DNA of 63,705 nt, counting the filler, from Chiloscyllium plagiosum (Eukaryota), in assembly GCF_004010195.1 (NCBI RefSeq). It is 8 parts of 8 records of this genome, joined end to end, with 100 filler letters (N's around TTAATTAATTAA, not from the genome) between each part and the next. Parts side by side here need not be neighbours in the genome. Positions count along the whole stretch, not along the records: positions 60,770 to 63,705 come from NW_025186310.1; 7 more parts are not named here. One strand, given 5' to 3'. Within the stretch, counting starts at the first letter, position 1; every line of letters begins with the position of its first letter. The notes under the pieces are model-generated. The model was not told the origin of the DNA, ran no database searches, and saw only the letters and a program-made list of their open reading frames with translations. The position numbers and the translations under genes were made by a program. Shown here one piece after another: positions 62,774-63,705 of this stretch.

Positions 62774-63705
62774 AGTGTTGGAGACAGTCCACAGAGGAGG
62801 CACAACTTTAAATAGAACAGGGCTGAGCTGGCAGGGCAAAGGTCATGGTCAGCACTGAATTTGAACTCTCATCCTTCTTGGGATTGGCTCAGAGACACGT
62901 CTGAGGTTCAAGGGTTAAGGCAGGTCTTTGGGATAATCAAAAACAAGCTTTACTCTGTATCAAACCCGATGCCCCCTGTTCTAGGAGTGTTTGATTGGAC
63001 AGTGAAGACTAGTGATGCCAAGTAAAACCTCTCGAAGATGCTGAAAACTGTCAGCTGTACAAAACAATGTGAACCTCAGAAGTCTCTGCTTCAGTAAACC
63101 AGATCTCCTTCCTGCTCAGCCACCAGTTCCAATTTAAGCTTCTGTCACTGTTTAAAGGGACAGGATTCTTATGTTATTGAGAAAATCTCCACAAATGTTT
63201 TCCTCAAGCTCCTCAGGCTATGAATTTGTGCAGCTTCCTCTGTCTGGGCTGTTAATTGCAGTCTGTTTTTTGTCAATGTCAATCTGGAAAAAGGAATAAA
63301 GATGAAGAAGATTCAGTCTCTGTCTCGTGTGTGCTTTGGGAATGGCCAGAGCTGAAACCTCAGGGAAACGTATGTGAAGTGTTAACCTCCACCTTCAAGG
63401 TCTGGAACAAGAGGGGGAGAATCAAGGGGGTAATGAGGTCCCTGGAGCAGGAGGGCAATTCTACAACTGCATCCAGAAGGAGTTCTTTCAGAAGGAATGC
63501 AGGACCCCAGGAATTCTTTCCCAATAAATGGAGAAAAGAAGGAAGGCAGGAACGGACACTGGGGAACACAATAATCTAATGGAAATTCCCTCATCCATCC
63601 CTTAGGCACAGCAAGATCGCAGGCCAAGAAATTCAACTCAACTGTTTGTGAGGCAGTGCCATTGGGAACCCAGTATTTATGAATATGACCAGCAGGCTCT
63701 TGTTA

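Overview
Eukaryotic DNA from a cartilaginous fish (shark; a carpet shark is plausible but is inference). The window is not one locus. It is 8 contigs joined by an artificial 100-nt linker (44 N + TTAATTAATTAA + 44 N), and every contig carries an antigen-receptor gene piece. (1) 1-4192: intact Ig light chain kappa/type III (NS4-like) C exon. (2) 4293-16054: 3' end of the TCR alpha locus (one J with 12-RSS; C, connecting-peptide and TM exons). (3) 16155-24852: IgM pseudogene with a LINE-broken Cmu2, a ~2-kb deletion of Cmu3+Cmu4 and a truncated TM1. (4) 24953-30817: IgM Cmu3 (frameshifted), Cmu4 with a secretory tail lacking the penultimate Cys, and TM1. (5) 30918-43424: three TCR beta V segments with 23-RSS (two intact, one pseudogene). 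(6) 43525-45960: IgM-type VH-D1-D2 cluster (VH frameshifted; JH probably in a gap). (7) 46061-60669: germline-joined kappa VJ pseudogene, pseudo-C kappa and a GPR139-like first exon. (8) 60770-63705: intact kappa C exon. The rest is CR1 LINE fragments, HE1/V-SINEs (two with 52-bp tandem amplifications), Penelope-like elements with minimal hammerhead ribozyme motifs, and microsatellites. I see no wholly new system. The best leads are the atypical IgM constant regions, the germline-joined VJ and the ribozyme-bearing Penelope insertions. All family calls are from remembered motifs, not database searches.
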